A stretch of DNA of 63,738 bases, the filler included, from Collodictyon triciliatum (taxonomy: Eukaryota), in NCBI GenBank assembly GCA_043381765.1. It is 4 parts of 4 records of this genome, joined end to end, with 100 filler letters (N's around TTAATTAATTAA, not from the genome) between each part and the next. Parts side by side here need not be neighbours in the genome. Positions count along the whole stretch, not along the records: positions 39,551 to 57,226 come from JBHJMP010001286.1; positions 57,327 to 63,738 come from JBHJMP010001322.1; 2 more parts are not named here. One strand, given 5' to 3'. A program made the position numbers and the translations under genes. The notes beneath the pieces are model-generated. The model saw only the letters and a program-made list of their open reading frames with translations, had not been told where the DNA came from and searched no databases. Of the stretch, positions 48,945 through 63,738 are shown one piece after another; positions within the stretch are counted from its first letter, which is position 1; each line of letters begins with the position of its first letter.

Positions 48945-51900
48945 TTACCGCGCACCGGCCTTGCGATGGAACGCCTGTTTGTGGTTGGGTTTGTCGCGGG
49001 CAAAAGCCGACCCCGTCTGTTTCCGAGGCCTGGAGTCGTTCGACCTGCGCGAATCATCACTCCGCGATGCGCGTTTGTCCTTCTGTTCGTTCTCGTCGTA
49101 CATCTTCTGGAACGGATTCCCATCCTTTGGGTCCCGCATGGGGTGCTTGACTTTGATCTGTGTCGAGGAAATGGTACATGCGCATCAGAGCACAATTTAA
49201 GAGACACAATAATAATGATAATATGTTGAAAGAGAGCGCAAACAAACCTTTTTGAGCTTCCCTGTGTCGTACTCCTCATCATACACTCGGCGCTGCTTCT
49301 CTTTCTTTGGAAGAAACGATACACTCTGCGATATGATTTCGACCTGGTGCGCAACCTTGTCCTCGACTCCCGGTGCGTCTTCCCAATAGCCGACTGTGTT
49401 GGTTGCGTGATGCTTCAGATTACATTGTTGATTCGAAAGAAGCCAAATATTTCAAGATTGTAGAAGTTTTGATTTAATCGGAGTAGCTGTGTGCATCGTT
49501 TTCATGAAATGGTATTACTGTCTATTCCAAAGGACGAAAATTTGTTTGATTTGGGTCGTAAAATCTTGTTGATCTCTTCCTTCTGTGAAATATATATATA
49601 TAGATTTGTAATCAATCAAAATTTTGAGCATATGTACTAATAAGAAATGGGGTAATGAATTCTTAATTAGTGAAGGATAGAGCTAATCAAGGCTATTTGG
49701 CACATGTGTGTTCCAAATGATAATAAGCTCTAAATACATAAGTTCATAAATGAATAAATAACTAAAAAAATAAATAAAAAAACTGTAGTCATTCCAGGCT
49801 TCAAGGGGTCTATCGCACTCTGGCTTTGAGATTGAACGGGCCTGGAAGCGTTCCGCTCTTTGCTTTCTGTAGATTCATCATCACTACTATCTGTATCAGA
49901 GGATGAAGAGCAGAGCGAATTCATCACAGGGAGGGTAATCAGTGCAGATACTTTTTCTAGTGATGTTCCAGATGAACCCGTTGGTTGAAATTGTGATGAC
50001 GATGGGAGTCCAGGCTCAGCTGTATAGATTTAAAGTTATTTTTAAAGGGATTTTCCTGAGCAACATACGTCAAAATTATAGTGAGGATTTTAATCGGCAA
50101 ACTCATGCTAATTGATATATTATAAGCTCAGGCATATATATTCTAACATTTGAGCAGTGAGCTGGTGAGGGCGGTGTCGACTTTCTGTTGAAAATGAGGA
50201 ATCATAGTTTTTTTTTTTTTAAAAAAAAATAATGTTATCTACTCTTGTTCCTTGTTACTAATGCTATTTCAAAACTTGGGAATAGACCCACCTCATCTCT
50301 TACGTAAAAAACCATATATGGTTTTTGAGATAAGACGGATGCCTGACTAACTTGAGAAACCTAAGTTTAATACATTTTCCGCTATTAACCCTCCTGAAGA
50401 AAAATATCAACAGAATACAGTAATAGAATTATTTAAAAATGCTCAGTTATACCAAAATAAAAAAAATTATCTAGTTGTTGTCGTTAAGCAAAAACATAAA
50501 TACACAAAAACATATAAAAAAATTCACCGTAGTATCGTCGAACTTGTACCATACTTGATTTGCATGTTTGAGGTATGCTATAAAATGACCCGATTGAGCT
50601 TCTGACCCGACATGAACAATAACCCCGTACAATTTATAGCAGGGGTCTTTTTTCTGTTCAAAGGATCGTGAAAGAGTAAACCACATTCTAATCTCCAAGC
50701 AAATTATGTGAATATCATGTGATTGCTTTGATTATTTTTTAAATTTCTTTTTTTTTTTTTTAGCTACTTACTGTTTGAGACGAACTCATGTATTGGCTTA
50801 AATTCAAAGCCAAAGGAAATTCCATCGATTTATCAAGTTTGATTAAATTGGGGCGTTTATATTCTGTTCTATAAAAATACAAAGGTATCATTTCTAGTTG
50901 ATCAATATCAAAATAAAATTATTTCCTAAATCATCATATTCACGTCATGCAAGCGCGTTCATGATTTGTTTCACATACACAGACAAACCTTTTTATATGA
51001 AAACATAAAACATTTGGTGGTTGGTATACAAAGGAACTCAACACCGCGTCGGTGCTCTTTCGACAGCTAAAAAAGAATAATAAATCAGAATTCGGGGCTG
51101 GGAAAAAATGCTTACGCTATCTATTTTTTTTTATACAATCACTAATTGATATGTATTGAAAAAAAAGGAGGTGGTGTAAAAATACCTTGGGCAAAAGTAC
51201 TTATTATTTCCTATGAGATTTTCAGGTTTAAGAAATTTTGTTATTCCTTCTGATATTGAAGGTACTCCTTTCGCATCAATGCTGATATCCATGAAAAATT
51301 CATAATTGTGAGATTCAAACGAGCAGATTGAGCATTTTATCTAGAACACAAAGGATTCATCAGTGTAGGATGTGAATTTTTTTCTTTCATTGATTTAATC
51401 CAAAGTTTATATACTCTGGCCAAAATAATGTTTGATATATTTTAAGGCCATTATTTATTACGATATTGTGGAAATATCCCCCAAATATCTGGGAAATGAG
51501 CGTTGTCTCATTGATGCGGGGTTCCAGTTTTCTATGAATAAATATGTATATGTATATATTCCTTTTGGATGCAAAGATGACGCTGTAATTAGGAATCAAT
51601 ACATTCTGATAAATATGTAATATAAGGGATTGATTTGCTACTCATTCAAAGATTTTAAGCAATCCCTATGGAGCATATCTACGTAGCAGCGAAAGAATTC
51701 GTGGGCATCTTCTGGTTGCCCAAGTCGAAAATTCTTTCCTATTACTACATATTGTTTATAATTATTATTTATCTCAATATATGCAGGAATACTCATGCTT
51801 CTGAATTACACATAAATGCCCATATTAAAAAAAAAAGAGTTGACTGTATGATTCAACAAACATCGAAGTCCTGCAACTATGAGATTCGGAGATAATGAAC

Positions 51901-53070
51901 GACCATACGAAGTCATCAATTGGTTAATGATATTCTCGGTCAAACAGAAAAGGCAGAAGGCAGTGACTCTACCTGACATTCGTTTTTATTTATTAAAGCT
52001 ATTCAGATTGATCATAATTGGACTAGTTCATAGAGATATGACCCAAACATTGGATAAGGCGAGACGGAGAGCCTTACATGATCTTGAATGCTCCTTTGTG
52101 AAGACAACATTCGCTATGGGTGGGCTGTAAGCCAGGCATTGGATAACAACATTGATATAGCACGTATTTCCCATGTTTTGCAGACCGCCTCCAATCTTTG
52201 GCACATGCTTCCAAACGAGGGATTGGTGAACCTTCTCAGTGGAATACAAATAATGTCTGATTGAATTATAATCTCGTTAGAGAAAAAAATTATGCCATAA
52301 AATACCGAGTGCTTGAATGATATCATATATCAGGTGTATATTCCAATTTTTGAAATATATGTATGAATGTGAGTATAAGGCGATACTTTGGGGGTTGAAA
52401 AGCATTTGGATCAAAAGATTCCTCGTCCGCCCTCATTTTCTTGGTATCTCTTTCACCAGGGGTCTGAGTTTTGTGTTATCGAATGTAATTGCAAAGTATT
52501 ATACAAGTGGATAATTATTTTTTTTTAAAATAGAATAAAGATAACACCAGAATCCAAAAAAGAAATTATTCGCAGTCACAACAAAGTTACGAAGCACGAA
52601 AAGTCAAATATTAGATGGATATAACCAAATCTAACAAGAAAAAAAAAACATGAGTAGCACAATCCGAACCTTATTTTCAGAGAGAGATATGTACTTCTTT
52701 TTCATTGTCTCATTAGAAGTGTCTGGGATACGGCCACGCACAAAGTGAATCTGCCTCGGAAGTAAATTGACCGCCTTTGCTCGGAGAGAGTGCAGGAAGT
52801 TATTAACACTCTCTTTCCTGCTTTTCTTGCTCTGAATTGGCGCAGAGTTGCTTAAAGCTCCCTTCTCAACGGCGTGCTCCTTTGCTGGCTTCGGTTGCTC
52901 TGTTGTGCTTTCGGTTTTTTGCTTCGGCCCTGCTCCGGACATTTTCTTTCTCGAAGGCAGTATTGATGGCTCCCTTTAAAAAAAGAAAAATTAGTAATAA
53001 TGATAGGATGATTCGTGAGTACGATTTACCACACAGGGTTACTGTTTGAGCACGAAACATTTCCTTGCAT
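48945..53070 (-). CDS. USP36: Ubiquitin-specific protease, USP36/USP42-like, multi-exon
   Basis: LLPRQIHFVRG...MKKKYISL; Cys box GLQNMGNTCYINVVIQCLAYSPP; GNQEDAHEF; TLISQIFGGY; YKLYGVIVHVGSEAQSGHFIAY; WYKFDD; C-terminal DEEYDTGKLKK...NPFQ typical of USP36. Confidence 0.85.
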
Positions 53071-53776
53071 CTCTGCCTGTTAGCCTCTTTTTTTTTTTTC
53101 TTGGGCTCAGCTTAGAGTTCGCCTTGTCTGTGTTTGTGAATTCCTTTTTCTTTTGTGGCTCGCTTGATTGCAGCGTAGGTGAAGATTTTATTTTCCACAA
53201 ATAATTTCACAGTCTGGAATATATAATATATATGTATATATTATTATAATATGATATTATGTAGTTCAAATATATGTCATTGAATACAATAATATAAATT
53301 GTATGTTATTATAAAAAATGCAATTTCTTCATTCAGAATTACCCTATTTTGAATTTATCCATTTTCACCAGAACTGGCACAACGCAGCGGAAGTTATCGC
53401 CTATTTATCAAAAAAAAAAAAAAATTAAAATCCGCCGAACCAACCAGAACCACGCTCACCGCCCTTATAAATACAAACACAGAGCAAAGCCGAATGCGTC
53501 ACATCTGACTCTAGACTAAAGTCCCAGGACTAAGCCGCCACAATCTGCAGGCCTCCTTATCCAGCAACATACAAGCAAGCCAAACCTGCCAAGAGACGAT
53601 CGGTTTGATCGATCGATCGAAACCTGTCACTCGCCGACAAAGCAGCCCAAAGCCAGAAGGGTGGGCAGCATAGAGCCGTTTGGCCCTGCGAAAGCTCAAC
53701 CAGGAAAACGCAAACCTCGGTCAAGTCTATACGAACGAAACGCGCAGAGTAGACAGAGAAGCACCCTGCGCTGCTC

Positions 53777-57048
<3,272 letters not shown>

Positions 57049-57142
57049 GTTTTTACCTCGGCCTTGTAGCATCATGTGTTACTACTCAATACCTTTCTTT
57101 TTTTTTTCTTCAAAATTTATTCATTATGACATCGCCTATTTT

Positions 57143-57191
<49 letters not shown>

Positions 57192-57226
57192 ATAAAAAAA
57201 AAAAAAAAACAAAAAAAAAAAACAAA

Positions 57227-57326
57227 NNNNNNNNNNNNNNNNNNNNNNNNNNNNNNNNNNNNNNNNNNNNTTAATTAATTAANNNNNNNNNNNNNNNNNN
57301 NNNNNNNNNNNNNNNNNNNNNNNNNN
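57227..57326. other. Artificial contig-joining spacer
   Basis: N44-TTAATTAATTAA-N44. Confidence 0.95.
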
Positions 57327-59501
57327 GTCGATCCTTTTTTTTGAGCGGATGTCATGGAATATTGGGTTGTAATGGTATATGACAAAGTGTTTCCGCGTGT
57401 CGACAAAAGGCGGGGTATTTTTGGGGGGTTCGCGAGTCGGGTGGAACCGGATGTGGGAGGTGGATGTGAACAAGAGGCCGTCGACGTAAGGAGACTGCAT
57501 GACAGGACGAACGGAGTGGAAAAGAGAGTCTGCCGTGTCCATGTCGTCGGTTGTTACGGTCTTTTGGAACTTTAAGCACTTTGAGATCATGAGGGGGTTG
57601 TAGCCGGCGTCTACTTTGGCAGTGAATTTTGTGATGTCTGACTTTCGAAAGAAAGAGCACGGGGCCATTTCGCGGCGCGGGATGGAGAGGATTGGGGGCC
57701 TTGTGTAAGGGGATTTTGGGGTTGCGAGTGACGGGTCCATGAAGTGGCGGACGGACTCGTAGGGCCCGTACGGGACGATGAACTCGAGCGGGGAGAGGAA
57801 GCTGAGCCACTGTGTGCGAGGGCCGAAGCGCGCGGTGCAATCGCTGAAAGCGGTTGCCTCGGCATCCTTTGAGGCGGGCCATGGCATGCGGATGACGAGG
57901 AAAGGGTATGCCCTGTTGAGCTTCTCGAGGAACTTTGACCAGCGTGCGTGGAACTGGCGGTCGCTCTCCTCGGCAGCCTTTGATTTCTGGCCGGAGCGAG
58001 AGAGGTAGTCGGGGTCCTGGGTGACGTCCGGGATGTAGAGGATGAACCTGCGGAAGCCCATCATGTTGTGGTACTCGATCCACTCGACAAGGATGTTTTT
58101 GTGGAGCGGGTAGACGACGGTGCAGGCGGTGAGGAACGTGTACGTGAGGCGCACCTCGGGCGTGTCGTAGAGGCCGATGCGGGCGTCCAGCCAGGCGGAG
58201 CGCACTTTGTGCCCGAAGGTCACGCGCATGCGGCCGAGATGGGAGACCTCCCTGCTGCCGTCATCATCGCTGCCGCCGCCGCCGCTGCTGCCGTCTGCTG
58301 CGTGTGCGGACAGGCGATGCACCGTGTAGTTCGGGACGATGCGCTTGCTGCGCAGGTCGGCCTGCTCGGTGCTTGTGCGGATCCACTCCTGGACCAGCGT
58401 GCGGGGCGCGGGGCAGCGCACAAAGGTGGCGTCCCAGGCGTGCGCGGCAGACGTCTGGATCGGGGGCGGCGGGCGGCCGGGCGGCTGGTACTCGCAGCGG
58501 ACGGCGGCGGAGGGGAAGTAGGAGCGGACGGGCGCGTCCTCGTACGGCGGGGCCGTGCCGCTGAACGCCTGCGCGCCCACCACCTGCAGCCCGGGCTGCT
58601 GCCCGTTGACGTAGACCAGCGACGCCAGCCGCCCGTCGCTCGCCCCGCCCGCGTACCGGAACTCGCCCCACACGAAGCGCCCTCTGCGCACGCGCAGCAC
58701 ACGCACCCGGTGCCTGCTCCACGCGCCGAAGCGGCCCCGGCACACCGGCTGCGCCATGCACTCCACGCGCCCGTCTGCCCGGCACGCGCCGGGGGCAAAG
58801 TGCATGCGCCGATTGGCCCGTCCATCGGCAGCGGCATCGGCAGCGGCATCGGCATCAGCATCGGCATCGGCCGTCATCATCACCACCGACCGGTCGCTCG
58901 TCGGGGCCGTTGGCACAATCTCCAGGCGGTCGCGCCACTCCCACTCGGCCTCCGCCGCCTCGTCAAAGACGCACCACGCCTCCCCGCTGTCGCGCGTGTC
59001 CCGCTCCGCCCCGCCGAAGCTGCCGCCGTCGCACGCAAATCCGTCCGGCATGTCCAGCACGATGCGGATGCGCTTGCCGCACGGCGCCACGGCGTCTCCA
59101 CCTCCACCTCCACCTCCGTCTCCGGCCTTGGTCTTGAGCGGCATGGCTGCGTCCAGGAAGCCGCCCCAGTCCCCGTCGTCCAGCAGCAGCCCCTGCAGCG
59201 CACTCGTGTTGTGCCGCGCCGCGTACATCGCCGCGTCCAGCGCCAGCCGCTCCCCCAGCGCCGCCCGTTGTGCCCGCTGCCGCTCCCTCAGCGCCTCAGT
59301 CGTGCGCCGCGCCTCCTCCAGCGGCCCCAGGAACGCCTCGTTCACCGCCCACAGCAAGGCATTCGCAAGCACAAGCGCCACAAACGCAATCTGCGCGCTG
59401 CGCTGTGTGGTGCAGTGGCCGCTGCTGTGGCTGTGGCTGTGGCTGTGGTTCGCTGTGGCTGTGCTGCTTTTGCTCTCGGCGTTAACCCACCGTGTGCTCA
59501 T
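57327..59501 (-). CDS. Type II membrane protein with C-terminal glycosyltransferase family 92 (DUF23)-like domain; intronless, 3' end in the gap
   Basis: Over 720 codons open. N-terminal TM IAFVALVLANALLWAV, coiled stem, then FLTACTVV...ILVEWIEYHNMMGFRRFILY...AFSDCTARFGPRTQWLSFLSPLEFIVP...IYHY, following the GT92 motif order. Confidence 0.72.
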
Positions 59502-60961
59502 GGCTGTGCTGGCGTTGCGCGCGTTCGGCAGGCGGTCGGTCTATGTCGGTGTATGTTTCTGTCTCTGTGTCGGTGTCGGTGTCGGTGTCTCAAGGTGCGC
59601 TGGAGGCGCTTGTCTTGCGCTGCTTGATCGCTCGCTGCCTTGGTGACAAAGTTGTCCCTTATGAGCGCATCTTCAATACACCACTTTGTTGGTTGTTTTT
59701 TTTTTTTTGTTCGAACGTCGTATATATATTTGTTTTTTTTTTTCTTGGCTGTGAGGCTGAGACAGGAATAACAGAGGGCGTGGGTTCAGGACTTTGGGGG
59801 GCGGGTGATTGGATTCATCAGGTGATCGGTGGATTGCGTGTGCGTGTTGCTCACGTTTGCTGTAGAAGGGATTCAGGACGCACCTCTGTTTTCTGATGCC
59901 TGTCCCATTATTTTTATTTACTTGGCTATTACTTTTATTCCACCTCCCAAGTACATATTTGCACATCTGTGATTATGAAATGTTGCTGAGTTGATTTGAT
60001 TCATTGGGCTCTGTGATGAGTGCGGTAGGGGCGATACCGTGCGGCCAATACCGTATGTTTCGTACCAATGTTTCTCTTTGCGCTTTCCTCCCGGTCTCTT
60101 GCCGTTCCGGCGCGGCACTTGGTTCCAGGAAGCGGTGGGCAATTGTTTCTTGCGATGTGTTGTGTGGAGGCGCGTGTGTGTGCCGTATAATGCACCGACC
60201 GTTGAATAGAACATGCACGATGCACTTGATAAGCACAGTCAGTGTCATTGGAGGTCAATGAAGACCTCTGAACAACGCTGCTACTCTCGAAGAGACCAAT
60301 ATCCATGGCGTCATCCGCCCACACACAGGTGTAGTGTCCGCCATGGTAACTAGCTCTCTGCTTATTAAGTGGCTTCCTTATATTTTAGCATTTCGTCATT
60401 CATTTATATATCTGGTTAGAGTGTCAAGAAGCTGCGCTTTTCACTTGTGGTTGCCGAGCGTCCGAATCGGTTTGCCTTGGCCTTGTCTGTGGTCAACATG
60501 TCACGTCACCTGGCTGTCTGAGCGCCCGTTCGCACCTTGAATTAAGCAATCGGTTCTATATGTATATCTTGGCATTTGGCGCGGCCTCGTTTCATACGCA
60601 CGGCTGCGAACCAGAAACGCGTGTCTATCTTTCGGTGCGCTAATTGTGGTTTTTGTGAGTTTGCCAGTGTGATGTCCAAGCAGTATTTGGCCGTCCACGG
60701 CACTTGCCTCGCCGCAGCGGGATAGGCTGCATGGTAACACGCGGGCGCGAGGCCTTCGTGGGCTTTGTTCTCGTTGGTTAAGATCCGTGTTGTCATGCGC
60801 CCGACAAAAGCCGCGTGGCGTCCAGACGGACGACATTAACCAACAGCAAAGTATATCTTGCTCCCCATTGAAAGACAACATCACCAGCGATGTCAACGAT
60901 ATAAGTAACTTGGTGCGCTCTCCGAAGCATTTCACTTGTGGTTCATTGTCGATTTTTTGAG

Positions 60962-63738
60962 AGTCCCTCGACCGCGAGAACTCCAACACTGCGCTAGGTG
61001 GATCGAGCTTCAAGAGGAGCCAGGCCGAATCAACTGGAAAGGAATGGGCAGAGGAGACGGAAACCAGGGTGGAGCGCGACTTAGAGAGCCTACAAATGGC
61101 AAAACGGAACTCGGAGGAAGAAGCACGCCTCCTAAGAAGGTGCGGCACTGCAGCCCGAACCTCACTCAAGCCCAAACCCGAGCCACGAGCACCAGGAAGG
61201 GACGAGAACCCAACGGTCACAAGCCCCAGAGTGCTTTGAACGCGAACATCCCAACAAGATAATTCACAAGGTGCCCAGCCGGAAGCTGAGAGCTCGAACC
61301 CAGGCAGTTGGAAAGAGAGAGAATGAGAGACCACCGACACTGCACAACCTAGCGCAAGAAGCCGCAGCAAACAAATACAAATACGACGGCAAAGTAGCAG
61401 CGAAGGTAAAATAATGTTTTCGAAAAATGCTACAAAATAGAAAGCACGTAGCTATAGAGAACATGATGAAAACATTTGGAATTCCAAGGCAGAAAATAAA
61501 ATAAAATAAAAAAACGATTACCTATGGGAGATAGTTATCCAGATTGGAGAGTACCTTAACGAAGACAAAGTAAGTGGGCAACTAGACATCACCACACTGG
61601 TACATGCGATATATAGTGGCCGGCTAACTTACCAAAGACTCACTGAAATCAAACCCCAAAGAGTAGATTGGTTGAAACCCCTTTAATGATAGGAAACAAA
61701 ATCTGCAAGAAATCATCGACATCCTCAACCAAAAAACAGGTAACCTAACAATTGACAATAAGCAATGCCAAAAGATCAAAAATATTGCGAGAGCAGAAGG
61801 GAAACCCCCGACACTGAACAAAGACTTCCGAATCATAAGAAGCCGATATGAGTGGGAAAATAGCAGCCATACAGAGCTGTGTTGAAAGCTCGAACAAGAG
61901 AAGATAATTTTCGAAAGAAAACTAAATATTCGAAACAAACAGATCCAGGTTCTACAGAAATCTCCAGGAGCAAACCTCTGTGGCCCCAGAGATGGAGAAC
62001 AGAGAAAATGAAGTCCTCGGGTTTTGGGAAAAGCAGTGGAGAGGCCCCAAAAAACAAGCAGACTGAGGCGACCCACTGGTCTTCCAAAAGCAATTAAGAG
62101 AGAGATTGAATCCTGGAGCTTACCAGAGGAAACTTGGGTGGGAGTGATTTAAGCCCTACCTCACTGGAAAGTAACTGGACCCGACCTGATATACAACTTT
62201 TCATCAAAAGACTTACAGTGACAAAACCTTACCTTATAGAAGTCATGGATAGAGCAATAGAAAAACCTGATGAATTCCCATGGTGTCTTTACAGGAAATA
62301 CCTACCCCATTCCAAAGGAAAAGTTTGTGAACCACCCATCTCAATTCAGACCGAATATGTGCATGAGCAATCTCTACAAACTATTGACGCATGTCCTGAT
62401 GCGTAAACTCTGAAAACCTAGAGTTAAACAAAATAATATTGGAAAACTAAAAGAGTATAAGGGAGGAAATCCAAGGAGCCAAAAAAAAAACCCTTTTCAA
62501 CAGAGCAATCAATCACTAACACGACAATAAATTATTTGCAGCATGACTAGATGTACAGAAGGCCTATGACTCAGTCAGCCACAACTACCTACTAAAAAAA
62601 CACTTATCAAATCCGAGCTCCTACCTAGATAATACAATTAATGGAGAACGCAACAACAAAAAAATGGACACCCAACATAAACCACCAAAGAAAAAGGCTA
62701 GGAAAGGCTGAAGTAAAACAAGGCATATTACAAGGAGACAGTTTATCACTCCTACTTTTCATCCTGAGTATGGAACCTATCACGAGAAAACTAGAATCCA
62801 GTGAGGAAACCCAAATAAGTGTCAACAGCGAGCAACAAGAAAAGAAAAGAAAAGAAACCCCTGTCATTTGTGGATGACATCAAGATGTATGCAACCTCTA
62901 AATAGCAACTAGAGACACTGCTAGAAATTACGGTCAGCGAGCTAAAGAAAGTAGGGCTTATAATATAGGGAAATCAGCGGCCAACTATCAGACCGACTCA
63001 CTCCACGCCCAAGAAATTGGACAAGAAGGAACACAAAGATACCTGGGAGTCTACGAAGACCAAGGAAACCAAATAGCAAAACCGAAAAAGACAGGGACAC
63101 AAGAAGATATGTATATGTGAATCAAAATAACTATGCGCGACAAACCTAAATGCCAAACACCTCTTCCAAGCAATCTATGAGTTTGCCCTATCAGTTCTAA
63201 ACTAACATATCTGATTTATCGACTTTAGCATGGGCGAATTCAGATATGGATTTAATAGTAAGAAACTTCCTTAGGAGTGAAAAAGTCAACTTTAAAGCTG
63301 CAAGCATACAAAGACTCACTTACCCAGATATGAAAATAGAGTGGGGCTTGCCAGCATTGAACCCAAAGCAGAAATATTGCTCATAAACTTCTGCCACTAT
63401 CTAAGCGACATCTCGATGAATCACAGGAAACCAGCTTTCCTCATGATGCAGAGAAAAGAAATATCCCGACCCGCTCATATTAAGGAAATACTAGCACATG
63501 AATACCCAAGGCTTGAACTCGAAAAGTTTAGCAACACGGAGCTACAAAACGCTCAAATCCAAACCCTAAAAGGAAGCAACAGTAAGAAAACACTCCACTC
63601 CCTATTCTACAAATCTCTAGAAGAGAACATCCAAAAGAAATATTCCAACAAATGGCTGACGAAAGGAATCAGTTCTCTGAGGGAAGGTGCTACATGGTTT
63701 GCCCTACAAGATGGCTATGTATCCTTTAATAACATAAC
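60962..63738 (+). mobile_element. Degenerate non-LTR retrotransposon (RLE type, R4/Dong-like); runs off the right edge
   Basis: RT blocks interrupted by stops and frameshifts: WK-TGPDLIYNF, QFRPNMCMSNLYKLLT, LDVQKAYDSVSH, GILQGDSLSLLLFILSMEPI, FVDDIKMYA, YLGVYE. Downstream LNAKHLFQAIYEFALSVLN and KWLTKG...FALQD are typical of the R4 clade. The 5' boundary is approximate. Confidence 0.85.

Noticed and set aside
58068-59646. Long plus-strand ORFs (519 aa and 296 aa)
   Set aside because: Antisense shadows of the GC-rich GT92-like gene; stop codons are rare at this GC content.
60501-61370. 289-aa minus-strand ORF
   Set aside because: Largely antisense to the purine-rich retroelement frame, non-ATG start and no recognisable motif.

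Overview
Intron-rich eukaryotic (protist) genomic DNA with AT-rich introns and abundant microsatellites; the gene set is Amorphea/amoebozoan-like, but the species cannot be determined. The window is four contigs joined by artificial N44-TTAATTAATTAA-N44 spacers, so adjacency across them is unverified. Manual splicing gives: a partial EQ-repeat gene, a KNS3/SPOT1 (At5g58100)-family ER protein, an LRR + Cys-rich + multipass receptor-like protein, XRCC1, an N-myristoylated LRR protein, membralin (TMEM259), a short-tailed class I myosin, a tRNA-dihydrouridine synthase, the last exon of SF3B2, a SET-domain methyltransferase, an ER DnaJ (ERdj3/Scj1-like), TIM17, USP36/42, an animal-type thioredoxin reductase, a GT92-like protein and a decayed R4/Dong-like non-LTR retrotransposon. 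Best leads: (i) a myosin-I with about 10 IQ motifs, built from eight consecutive phase-0 exons of exactly 66 nt plus one of 69 nt, and with Met at the TEDS position; (ii) a SET methyltransferase with a signal peptide and a C-terminal RGEL, suggesting ER-lumenal methylation; (iii) a thioredoxin reductase spliced to an N-terminal MGC acylation extension; (iv) one-LRR-per-exon receptor architecture; (v) a tandem-repeat SQ cluster in XRCC1. Family assignments come from recalled motifs, not database searches. Most ORFs in the supplied track are microsatellite or antisense artefacts.
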